A stretch of 64,000 nucleotides of DNA from Alphaproteobacteria bacterium (GCA_037131735.1 JBAXQM010000008.1:31678-95677), one strand, 5' to 3'; numbered from the stretch's first letter, positions 51,213 through 59,184 are shown. Notes: generated by a model not told the origin, from the sequence alone. Numbers and translations: made by a program.

Positions 51213-52514
51213 ATGAAACTTGCAGAATGGCTCAAATCCCACGCCGTCAGCCGGATCGACTTTGCCCGGCGCATTGGTGTGTCTCCGGGCACGATCACCC
51301 AGCTTTGCAATCAAGACGACGCGTGGCTCTCCCGCGAAACCGCCGCATTGATCTCGAAAGAGACCAAAGGCGCGGTGACGCCCAATGATTTCCTCGCGTT
51401 TCAGCCCCCTTTCCCTTCCTCCTCTCCAACCGGACCCGCCGCCATGCACCATGCCGTCAGTGAAGCGATTGAAGCCTTTGCCAAAGGTGATCTTGTCATT
51501 GTGACCGATGATGATGATCGCGAGAATGAGGGCGATCTGATTTGTGCAGCGGTGCATTGCACACCTGAGAAGATGGCCTTCATCATCCGCAACACCTGCG
51601 GCATTGTCTGCGCGCCGGTTTCAGTTGCGGAAGCCAAGCGCCTTCACCTCAACCCGATGGTGGCGAGCAATGACGCACCGCTGGGCACCGCTTTCACTGT
51701 TACGGTTGATGTGAAACACGGGCTCACCACCGGTATTTCCGCCGAGCAACGCTCCAACACCGTGCGCGCGCTCGCCAATGGCAATATGGGTGCGGATGAT
51801 TTTGTGCGCCCCGGCCATATTTTTCCGCTGATTGCGAAAGATGGCGGTGTGTTGATGCGCTCGGGTCATACCGAAGCGGCAGTCGATTTGTGCAAACTCG
51901 CGAATCTTCCGCCTGTCGGCGTAATTTGCGAACTCGCCAATGATGACGGCACCGTGATGCGCGGCGATCAGATCAAAGCCTTTGGTGAAACGCACAAGAT
52001 CAAACGCATTTCTGTGGCCGATCTCATCGCCTATCGCCAAGCGCGCGAAAAACTCGTCGAGCGTGTGGCGAGTTTCGCGGTGACAACCGAAATCGGCGAG
52101 GTTACCGGCTATGCCTATGTCACGCCCTTTGATCCCGTGCATCATTTTGCCTTCGTGCATGGCAAAATTGGTGACGGCCAAAATATCCCGACGCGGCTTC
52201 ACCGCGCCAATGTGTTGACCGATGTGTTTGGTGGTGGCGATACGATTTCACGCGCGTTGCAGCATTTCAAAAAAGAAGGCCGCGGCGTGTTGGTCTATCT
52301 GCGTGACGGCACATCGGGCGTGCCGGTGCAGGCGCTCAAAGGCCAAGCCAATTCCGATGATGTGCGCCAACAACAATGGCGCGAAATCGGCTTGGGCGCG
52401 CAGATTTTGAAAGATCTCGGCGTGAGCTCCATCATCAATCTCGCCTCCTCCAACCGCTCTTATGTCGGCCTCTCCGGCTTCGGCATCGAAATCGCGAAGA
52501 GTGAGGGAGTGTGA
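51213..52514 (+). CDS. ribB: RibBX: DHBP synthase fused to a degenerate GTP cyclohydrolase II-like domain, with an in-frame N-terminal Cro/YdaS-like HTH
   Basis: Residues ~80-285 are DHBP synthase (DDDDRENEGDLI…GHTEAAVDL). The C-terminal ~150 aa are GCH II-like but contain no Cys. Residues 1-65 (MKLAEWLKSHAVSRIDFARRIGVSPGTITQLCNQ…GAVTPNDFL) look like a Cro/YdaS HTH, joined by a P/S-rich linker. The true start could instead be the internal ATG (MHHAVSEAIE). Confidence 0.8.
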   Translation: MKLAEWLKSHAVSRIDFARRIGVSPGTITQLCNQDDAWLSRETAALISKETKGAVTPNDFLAFQPPFPSSSPTGPAAMHHAVSEAIEAFAKGDLVIVTDDDDRENEGDLICAAVHCTPEKMAFIIRNTCGIVCAPVSVAEAKRLHLNPMVASNDAPLGTAFTVTVDVKHGLTTGISAEQRSNTVRALANGNMGADDFVRPGHIFPLIAKDGGVLMRSGHTEAAVDLCKLANLPPVGVICELANDDGTVMRGDQIKAFGETHKIKRISVADLIAYRQAREKLVERVASFAVTTEIGEVTGYAYVTPFDPVHHFAFVHGKIGDGQNIPTRLHRANVLTDVFGGGDTISRALQHFKKEGRGVLVYLRDGTSGVPVQALKGQANSDDVRQQQWREIGLGAQILKDLGVSSIINLASSNRSYVGLSGFGIEIAKSEGV

Positions 52515-52517
52515 GGA

Positions 52518-55199
52518 TTAAGCGCGATCAAATACGCTTGTCGCTTCACCGAAAGATTTGATCTGTCCCGCGTGACGTTCCCACGTTGCTTGATCGACAA
52601 AGAGTGCGCGATAGATGACGCCGTTTCCATCAAGCGCGGTTGCATCATCGCACCATGACAAGAGCCGTTGCCATTTCGGTTCAACATCAATGTCTTCTTG
52701 ACCTTTGGTTTCAATGATCCAGATCGCGCCATCTTGCGCCTTGGCAATAAAATCGGGGTAGTAATTCGCAATACTGCCACGCGGACTCGCATATTCGACA
52801 AAGAACCCCGTATGAGTATCGTTCTTCACGTAAGAGACAATATCGGCAGCCCGCTCAAGGAATGCGGCAAAATCATTTTCGAGTTTATTGTCACCCACGA
52901 CGCGGTTGAAAATTGATTTGTCCGATTGAACATAATCGCCACGCGGTTTGACGTGAGCGCGCGTGTTTGAAAGCTTGATTGAATTTTCAATGCGGCTCGT
53001 CCCGCGATCCACGATTGTCAAATCATTAATCGCGCCTTTGAGCGTTTTGAACAGAACTTCGCTCGTTGCCGGTTCGGATAAATTTCTGAGCACATTCTGA
53101 TCATCAAGCGAAACGGGGGTTTCGAAAAGTCGTGTTTCAACAAAATATTTGATTTTGCCAAAGAGCACGTCAAAGCCGCCGACAAGTCGCAGGTCACGTT
53201 TGATCGTTCGAGCAAACCAGCCAATGACATTTTCAGCCGAAGCCGGTCCGATATTAGAAAGCTCCGTCACATGACTGATCTCGTCCGTATCAATATGCTT
53301 AAAGACAATGTGCCTTTGCTCTTCAGTGCTGAAGGATTTTAAAGGAACACGCCAATTGGTGAGGGTTTCGATATCAATATCATCCAGATTTTTATACTCC
53401 CGCTCAATCCGCTTTGCGAGAACGGGAAGGACAATATCAAGCGCCGCAATATTCTTTTTCGGATTATCTGAATCGACTTCAACTACCAATGGCCCCGCAC
53501 CGGGCGATTGCCCACCCATCGGCACCTCGTCCAATTCGACACCTTCGCTTTTGATGCCGTTCACAAAATCGATAAAGGCTTCCGTGCCGATGACCGAGAC
53601 GGTTTCAACGAGAGTATCATCGCCACGAAACATGCGTCGCAAGCCGCGCCCGAGCGTTTGCTCCGGCAAAATCTTGGCTTGCGAGTTGTAGGCGCGCAAA
53701 CCAACGATCACGCAGACAGATTGCACATCCCAGCCTTCCCGTAGCATCATGACAGAGACGACCGCTTTATAGGGGCTTTCGCCGGAATCAATTTCACGGC
53801 TGGCCTGACGTAATTTATCCAGTTCCTCTTTGCTCTTTCCGCTGACTGACTCCGATATTTCACCGGATTTATTCGTGTGAATCACAAGCACCTGCTCTGA
53901 CAAATCCGGATAGGTGCGTGAAAGATAGTCGGCGACGAGATCGCAATTCTTGGTCTCGTCGGTCATGATAAACAGCACAGCCTTACGTCCGGCCTTGTCC
54001 ATCTCCGTTTGATATTTGCGCCATTCCACAACGCCGAGATCAATATGGTCGCGATAGCGTTCAACAAAATCGGTTGATTGCTCTTCGCGCAATTTTGCAC
54101 GCGAGACCTCATCGGGCAGAACGGGTTTTTTCACGACGCGTTGGCGAATGGCTTCGACGAGCGGATAATCGCTGATCGTATTCACAAAGATCGATGCATT
54201 ATTATGCTTAGGTGTCGCGGTGACATCGAATTGCCCGCCGAAGCGCCGATCCGTCTGACGCATTTTGAGGACGATATCTTCGATATTTTTATACCACGCA
54301 TTCTGCTCATGAATGTGATGCGCCTCATCATTGAAAATAACAAGATCATCCACTTGCCGCACAATCACCCCGAGATCGACAAGATTGTCGGTCGTCTTGG
54401 TCACGGGCTTTGGACCTAAAAAATAATCGGTCGTATTCTCATCCTCATAGCTTGGCGGCGCGGGTGCATCACTGACGCGGTGAATATTGGTCAGGAACAG
54501 ATTGCCGGTTTTAGCCACCGTGCCAATTTCGTCTTGAATATGCACGGTCATTTGGAAATCGGCTTGCCAGTCGCGCCCTTCATATCCATTTTCAGGGAGA
54601 AGCGGATCTTCATAAAAAATTCGGTTTCCCTCAAAATCGCTACGCAAGCGATCGAGCACAATGATATTCGGCGCGATCAGCAAGATATTGGTCGAGAGCG
54701 GCGAGTCTTTTTCGTAAAATGCATGAAAATAACTCCATGTCATGAGCAGACTCATGACCTTGGTTTTGCCTGCCCCTGTCGCAAGCTTCATCACATAATG
54801 AGGCCAATGGGTCAGAAACATATTGCGGGACACACTGCCATTGGAATCATACCGCATCAGCGCCTGCGCATCGCGCGCGCCTTCATGCTCATAAAGCCAG
54901 ATGGCACTTTCAACCGCTTCGCGCTGTGCGAAATACCAACGGAACGGCTTTGTGCCATTCGCGGTCACAATCACATGTTCGGTTTCAAACCAATGGACGA
55001 GCAAGGCGCGGGTTGTCTCGGAGACATCGGGATAACCCGCCGCGCGCCAATCTTTCACGCCTTGTCGAATTTTATGCACAAGCGGTGCAATGAGTTTTTC
55101 ATGCCCCATTTCACCCAATTGCGCCTCGCCGGGATACCAGCGAATGGACGGATCGAGGATCGTGTAAGGATTGGTCGGGAAATCGGGATGGAGCGGCAT
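52518..55199 (-). CDS. res: Type III restriction endonuclease subunit Res
   Basis: 893 aa. SF2 helicase Walker A (LATGAGKT), DEAH box (FNDEAHH), later helicase motifs, and a C-terminal PD-(D/E)xK-like nuclease (YYPDF…WIIETKG). Confidence 0.9.
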   Translation of the reverse strand: MPLHPDFPTNPYTILDPSIRWYPGEAQLGEMGHEKLIAPLVHKIRQGVKDWRAAGYPDVSETTRALLVHWFETEHVIVTANGTKPFRWYFAQREAVESAIWLYEHEGARDAQALMRYDSNGSVSRNMFLTHWPHYVMKLATGAGKTKVMSLLMTWSYFHAFYEKDSPLSTNILLIAPNIIVLDRLRSDFEGNRIFYEDPLLPENGYEGRDWQADFQMTVHIQDEIGTVAKTGNLFLTNIHRVSDAPAPPSYEDENTTDYFLGPKPVTKTTDNLVDLGVIVRQVDDLVIFNDEAHHIHEQNAWYKNIEDIVLKMRQTDRRFGGQFDVTATPKHNNASIFVNTISDYPLVEAIRQRVVKKPVLPDEVSRAKLREEQSTDFVERYRDHIDLGVVEWRKYQTEMDKAGRKAVLFIMTDETKNCDLVADYLSRTYPDLSEQVLVIHTNKSGEISESVSGKSKEELDKLRQASREIDSGESPYKAVVSVMMLREGWDVQSVCVIVGLRAYNSQAKILPEQTLGRGLRRMFRGDDTLVETVSVIGTEAFIDFVNGIKSEGVELDEVPMGGQSPGAGPLVVEVDSDNPKKNIAALDIVLPVLAKRIEREYKNLDDIDIETLTNWRVPLKSFSTEEQRHIVFKHIDTDEISHVTELSNIGPASAENVIGWFARTIKRDLRLVGGFDVLFGKIKYFVETRLFETPVSLDDQNVLRNLSEPATSEVLFKTLKGAINDLTIVDRGTSRIENSIKLSNTRAHVKPRGDYVQSDKSIFNRVVGDNKLENDFAAFLERAADIVSYVKNDTHTGFFVEYASPRGSIANYYPDFIAKAQDGAIWIIETKGQEDIDVEPKWQRLLSWCDDATALDGNGVIYRALFVDQATWERHAGQIKSFGEATSVFDRA

Positions 55200-55213
55200 C
55201 AGACATCCCTTTT

Positions 55214-55331
55214 CGTCATTGCGAGCGAACGCGAAGCAATCCAGTTGGAGTCAAAAGAAGAGGTGCGATGGAGACATTGCACATTAATAACCATCATCAG
55301 CTGGATTGCTTCGCTCACGCTCGCAATGACG
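55214..55331. repeat. 118-bp MITE/RIME-like element with 31-nt terminal inverted repeats
   Basis: CGTCATTGCGAGCGAACGCGAAGCAATCCAG (55214-55244) faces CTGGATTGCTTCGCTCACGCTCGCAATGACG (55301-55331). They are complementary at 28 of 31 positions and enclose 56 nt with no ORF. Confidence 0.7.
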
Positions 55332-55365
55332 GTTGAGAGAGGGGTGCCGCGACATGGTGAATTCA

Positions 55366-57564
55366 TCAGACCGTTACCTCCACCACTTTCGTTGTGTCAT
55401 TGCCAAAAATATCAATCACCTTCACAGCGATTTTATATTTGCCTTTGGCGGGGTAAGTGTGCGGCGCGGAGACAAGCTCAAGCGAACGGTCCCGTTTTGT
55501 GCGGTAGCTTTGCCATTCATTTTCAAAAATATAACCGCCTGTCCATTGCGGCCGATCAATCATCCGACCTGACGCATCGGGCGCGGTCATCGTGATGATC
55601 TCCTTGCGGTTGGTGTAATCGAAATCAACCGCCCAATAATCGATCCAATCCGTCCAATGTTGCGTGAGAATCTCTTGCGTAACTTTTTTATTTTTATCTT
55701 TTGAGATTTTAACAACCTGCCCTTTGTCGACTGTCACTTTGCTTGCGCCCGGTTTCAAATCATCCGCAAGGCGAACGGAATCATCCTGCACATAGGCCAC
55801 GCCGAAGAGTTCGAGTTTCACGCTCACCTCCAAGCCTTTGCGCGCGGTCTTCACGTCAATATAGGCGACATCGTGGAAGCTGACTTGGCTCTTCTCAACC
55901 GCGCGTTTGTCAAACACTTCTTTCGGAATATGTCTGAGCGCGAGATTGACACCGCGCTCGCGCGCTTCATCGGTGATGCGTGGCGTCAGCCCCATTTCAA
56001 ATTCAAAGCCGAGAACATGAATTTGGGTGACGCCAAGTTTGCGCGCGGCATCTATCGCGAGCTTGCATTGCCCGCTTGTGACAGGCGCATCCACCGCCCC
56101 GACAAGCACAAGGGCGTTGCCTTTGCGGCCATGGAAGGGAGGGGATTGAAACACGCGCTCGGCTTTATAGGCTTGCAGGATGAGCGTTGTATAATGCTCG
56201 TCTTTTTGCGCGCTGATGGCACGACGTTCTTTTTCCGGCAGAGTCGGATCAATGCCGACGAAATATTGCCGCTCATATTTCCCTAGATTGAGAATTTCAA
56301 AAGAGCGATAGGGCTTGTTGTCTTTCTTCAAGTCGCGCTGCACACCAATCAGGCGCTTGCGCGACGTATGAATGGCGAAACGACCAAGATCGCACCCGAT
56401 CCATTTCCGCCCGAGCTTTTCCGCAACCGCTAAAGTTGTCCCGGAGCCGCAGAAGAAATCGGCGACGAGATCGCCGGGGTTCGATGAGGCGGAGATCAGT
56501 TTTCTGAGTAATTCTTCTGGTTTTTGAGTTGGGTATCCTGTTCTAACGGATGACATTTGGTTTTCGATATCTATGATAAATGTATCCGTCGCAACCTTAC
56601 CCTCACGCAGATAATCACGAACAACTAATTCGGGATGGGTTTTTTCCCACTCCGGATCCACGTCTTTTGCGCTTTTTATTGGACTGCCGGTTATATTTCT
56701 TCCGCTCAAACGATATGGACCATTTTCGTCAACGTATCGATACTTTTTTATCGTGGACTCTGAGAGTGGCTCTAATACAAATTCATTGTCCCAATTAAAT
56801 ACGGGATCGTCATTTTTTTTAAAAAAATAAATGTCGTGATGACTTCGCTTCCAAGTAGTTTTAATCGAACTTCGTGTTGAAAATTTCCACACAATGTGGT
56901 TCAGAAAGCTAGAATTGCCAAATACTTCTTCACCGATCGTTCGAATTAAATTTGAGGTTCTGTGATCACAATGGATATATAGAGATCCGTCTTCTGCTAA
57001 TAGATCGCGAATTAAGGCAATACGCTCGTATACCATTTGGATGAAAGAAGCTGCTCCTTTTCCCCAAGTGTCGCGATAGGCAACATCCTCGATTACGCTC
57101 GGCTCTTTTGTTAGAGTTTCTCCGCCCACCTCAACTTCATAACTAAAGTCCGCGCCGACATCGAATGGCGGGTCGATATAGACAAGCTTCAATCCGCCCG
57201 CCTTTTCGATCTCGCGGCGGAGCGGGCCGTTTTTCAACGATGAGAGAACGAGCTTGTTGTCACCCCAGATGAGCTTGTTGGTCCAGCCGCTCTGCTGGCG
57301 GCCTGTTGCACGGTCGAGTTCGAAGAGATCCGGCGCGTGGGCGATTTCAGCGCGCGGCTCATCGATTTGTTCAATCACTTGAAACGGCAAAATCGCATTC
57401 GTCACCTCATGCGTTTTGCCCGGCCAGATGAGTTCCGTCTCGCGTGGTTCTTTGAAGAGACGAAAGCGATAATCGTCCGGCAAAGGCTCGCCGCGATCGA
57501 TCAGGCTTTTGAGATGCGCTTTTTCTTCCGCCGTTAGGTCCATGCGTTTATCCGGGCAAAACAC
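55366..57564 (-). CDS. mod: Type III DNA methyltransferase subunit Mod (beta-class N6A/N4C MTase)
   Basis: 732 aa with a GTG start. Motif IV is VYIDPPFDVG and motif I is DFFCGSGTTLAVAEKLGRKWIGCDL, in the order IV…TRD…I. A ~300-aa C-terminal extension follows. Confidence 0.9.
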   Translation of the reverse strand: MFCPDKRMDLTAEEKAHLKSLIDRGEPLPDDYRFRLFKEPRETELIWPGKTHEVTNAILPFQVIEQIDEPRAEIAHAPDLFELDRATGRQQSGWTNKLIWGDNKLVLSSLKNGPLRREIEKAGGLKLVYIDPPFDVGADFSYEVEVGGETLTKEPSVIEDVAYRDTWGKGAASFIQMVYERIALIRDLLAEDGSLYIHCDHRTSNLIRTIGEEVFGNSSFLNHIVWKFSTRSSIKTTWKRSHHDIYFFKKNDDPVFNWDNEFVLEPLSESTIKKYRYVDENGPYRLSGRNITGSPIKSAKDVDPEWEKTHPELVVRDYLREGKVATDTFIIDIENQMSSVRTGYPTQKPEELLRKLISASSNPGDLVADFFCGSGTTLAVAEKLGRKWIGCDLGRFAIHTSRKRLIGVQRDLKKDNKPYRSFEILNLGKYERQYFVGIDPTLPEKERRAISAQKDEHYTTLILQAYKAERVFQSPPFHGRKGNALVLVGAVDAPVTSGQCKLAIDAARKLGVTQIHVLGFEFEMGLTPRITDEARERGVNLALRHIPKEVFDKRAVEKSQVSFHDVAYIDVKTARKGLEVSVKLELFGVAYVQDDSVRLADDLKPGASKVTVDKGQVVKISKDKNKKVTQEILTQHWTDWIDYWAVDFDYTNRKEIITMTAPDASGRMIDRPQWTGGYIFENEWQSYRTKRDRSLELVSAPHTYPAKGKYKIAVKVIDIFGNDTTKVVEVTV

Positions 57565-57592
57565 GAATCGCCGGATACGCAGGCGTTAAGAC

Positions 57593-57620
57593 ATATTACG
57601 TAACGTCAGATATTTGACAA
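57593..57620 (-). promoter_or_regulatory. Putative sigma70-type promoter for mod-res
   Basis: On the minus strand: TTGTCA, a 16-nt spacer, then TAATAT, about 28 nt upstream of the mod GTG. The palindrome TTACGTAA overlaps the -10 region. Motif match only. Confidence 0.4.
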
Positions 57621-57624
57621 GAGC

Positions 57625-58557
57625 TCACACCCCCACCCCATCCAACACCCAGCTTTTGAGGAGCGCATTGGCAATCGCCATGGGTTGCGGGGCGAGCAAT
57701 CCGTCGGGGTGTTGGTCCTCCAACATCAAGCGCACTTCATCGCGCGTGAACCAGCGCGCATGTTCAAGCTCTTCGCCGTCAATGGTGAGTTCATCATTCA
57801 ACGCCTCGGCAATGCAGCCGATCATCAAGGATGCGGGGAACGGCCAAGGCTGCGAGGCGAGATAGCGCACCTGTCCCGTGCGCACGCCTGCCTCTTCGAG
57901 TGTTTCGCGCCGCACCGCCGCTTCAATCGTTTCGCCCGGTTCCAAAAATCCGGCGAGGCAGGAATACATGCCCGGCGGAAAACGCGATTGCCGCCCGAGC
58001 ACGCATTTGTCCCCGCGCACGGACAACATGATCACCACGGGATCGGTGCGGGGAAAATGTTCTGTCTCGCAAGCATCACAAATGCGCTTCCATCCCGCGC
58101 TCGCAACGCGCGAGGGCGCGCCACACGCCGCGCAGAAGCGATGTTTGCGATGCCAATGCAACAGCGCTTTCGCTTCCGCGAGCGGGCCGATGAGAGACGC
58201 GGGCAACAAGCCCTGCACGGCAATCGAGCGCGCATCAATCACCATCACACGCGCATCATCGGCAAAACGTTCGGCGGCATCTGAGTCAATCTCGTCCGCA
58301 AAAAGCGGTCGTGTGCCGTCTAGGCCTAAAAAAAGCGTCGCGCGCGGTGTGCCGAGCGCCTTTATTTCGTTTGGAGCGAACAGGCCTTCAAGCGCGTCGC
58401 CCTGCCGTTTCAAAAGTGAGAGATCACCCGCAAACACCAACACACCCGCATCGGCTTGCGCGCGCAAGGCGGCAAGCGCCTCGGGGCGATCACGCAAATC
58501 GCCGCGCCGATCAAGCGGGTTGGTCACATAACCGAGTTTTGAAAACCGATCACTCAT
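57625..58557 (-). CDS. nudC: NAD+ diphosphatase / NADH pyrophosphatase NudC
   Basis: Zinc ribbon (FCAACGAP…ICDAC), then the Nudix box GFLEPGETIEAAVRRETLEEAG and a downstream SQPWPFP motif. Confidence 0.92.
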   Translation of the reverse strand: MSDRFSKLGYVTNPLDRRGDLRDRPEALAALRAQADAGVLVFAGDLSLLKRQGDALEGLFAPNEIKALGTPRATLFLGLDGTRPLFADEIDSDAAERFADDARVMVIDARSIAVQGLLPASLIGPLAEAKALLHWHRKHRFCAACGAPSRVASAGWKRICDACETEHFPRTDPVVIMLSVRGDKCVLGRQSRFPPGMYSCLAGFLEPGETIEAAVRRETLEEAGVRTGQVRYLASQPWPFPASLMIGCIAEALNDELTIDGEELEHARWFTRDEVRLMLEDQHPDGLLAPQPMAIANALLKSWVLDGVGV

Positions 58558-58971
58558 TCACAAGCGCCCCAAAGCAACAGAGAGTGCATCGACGCGTGCT
58601 TGCGCAGCGTCGGGCGTATAGGGCACGCGCGCACCCATCGACCACACAGGCTTCGGCCATGCGGCATCGGTTTCAAAGCGCGCAATCACATGCACATGAA
58701 GCTGCGCCACCATATTGCCGAGCGCGGCGACATTGAGCTTTGTCGGTGAGAAGAGCCGTTGCATCGCCTCGCTCACGCCTTCAATCTCGCGGTAAAGCGT
58801 AGCGCGATCTTTGGGGGCGAGATCGATGATCTCCCGCATCGCGGCGCGGCGCGGCACCAAAATCACCCAGGGAAATTGCGCATCATTCATCAACAGCACG
58901 CGCGAGAGATGAAGATCGCCAATCGGGATCGTGTCGGCGTGAAGCCGCGAATCGAGGGAGAAGTCGGTCAT
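58558..58971 (-). CDS. HIT-family nucleotide hydrolase
   Basis: Histidine triad QLHVHVIAR. 137 aa. The stop abuts the nudC start. Confidence 0.9.
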   Translation of the reverse strand: MTDFSLDSRLHADTIPIGDLHLSRVLLMNDAQFPWVILVPRRAAMREIIDLAPKDRATLYREIEGVSEAMQRLFSPTKLNVAALGNMVAQLHVHVIARFETDAAWPKPVWSMGARVPYTPDAAQARVDALSVALGRL

Positions 58972-59062
58972 GGCGGGGTTTTAGCCCCGCCGAGGCCGGG
59001 CCCGAAGCAAAAAATTCCATCCTCCCGAATCGCTTGTTTTTTCTCAGCTAATCCCCGATATA

Positions 59063-59169
59063 GGGGGTGGAAGGTTGGCGTTGGACGTACCACTCGCCAA
59101 CCGGGTCAGGTCCGGAAGGAAGCAGCCCTAACGAGCCCGGGCGGGTCATCGTCCAGCCTTCCACCCTCC
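59063..59169 (+). ncRNA. ffs: Signal recognition particle RNA (4.5S, small bacterial type)
   Basis: The conserved domain IV core GGTCAGGTCCGGAAGGAAGCAGCC is present. The 5' GGGGGTGGAAGGTTGG pairs with the 3' CCAGCCTTCCACCCTCC. A T-run follows. It sits upstream of dnaX, the usual position. Ends are approximate. Confidence 0.88.
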
Positions 59170-59184
59170 TTTTTGTTGAAATTG

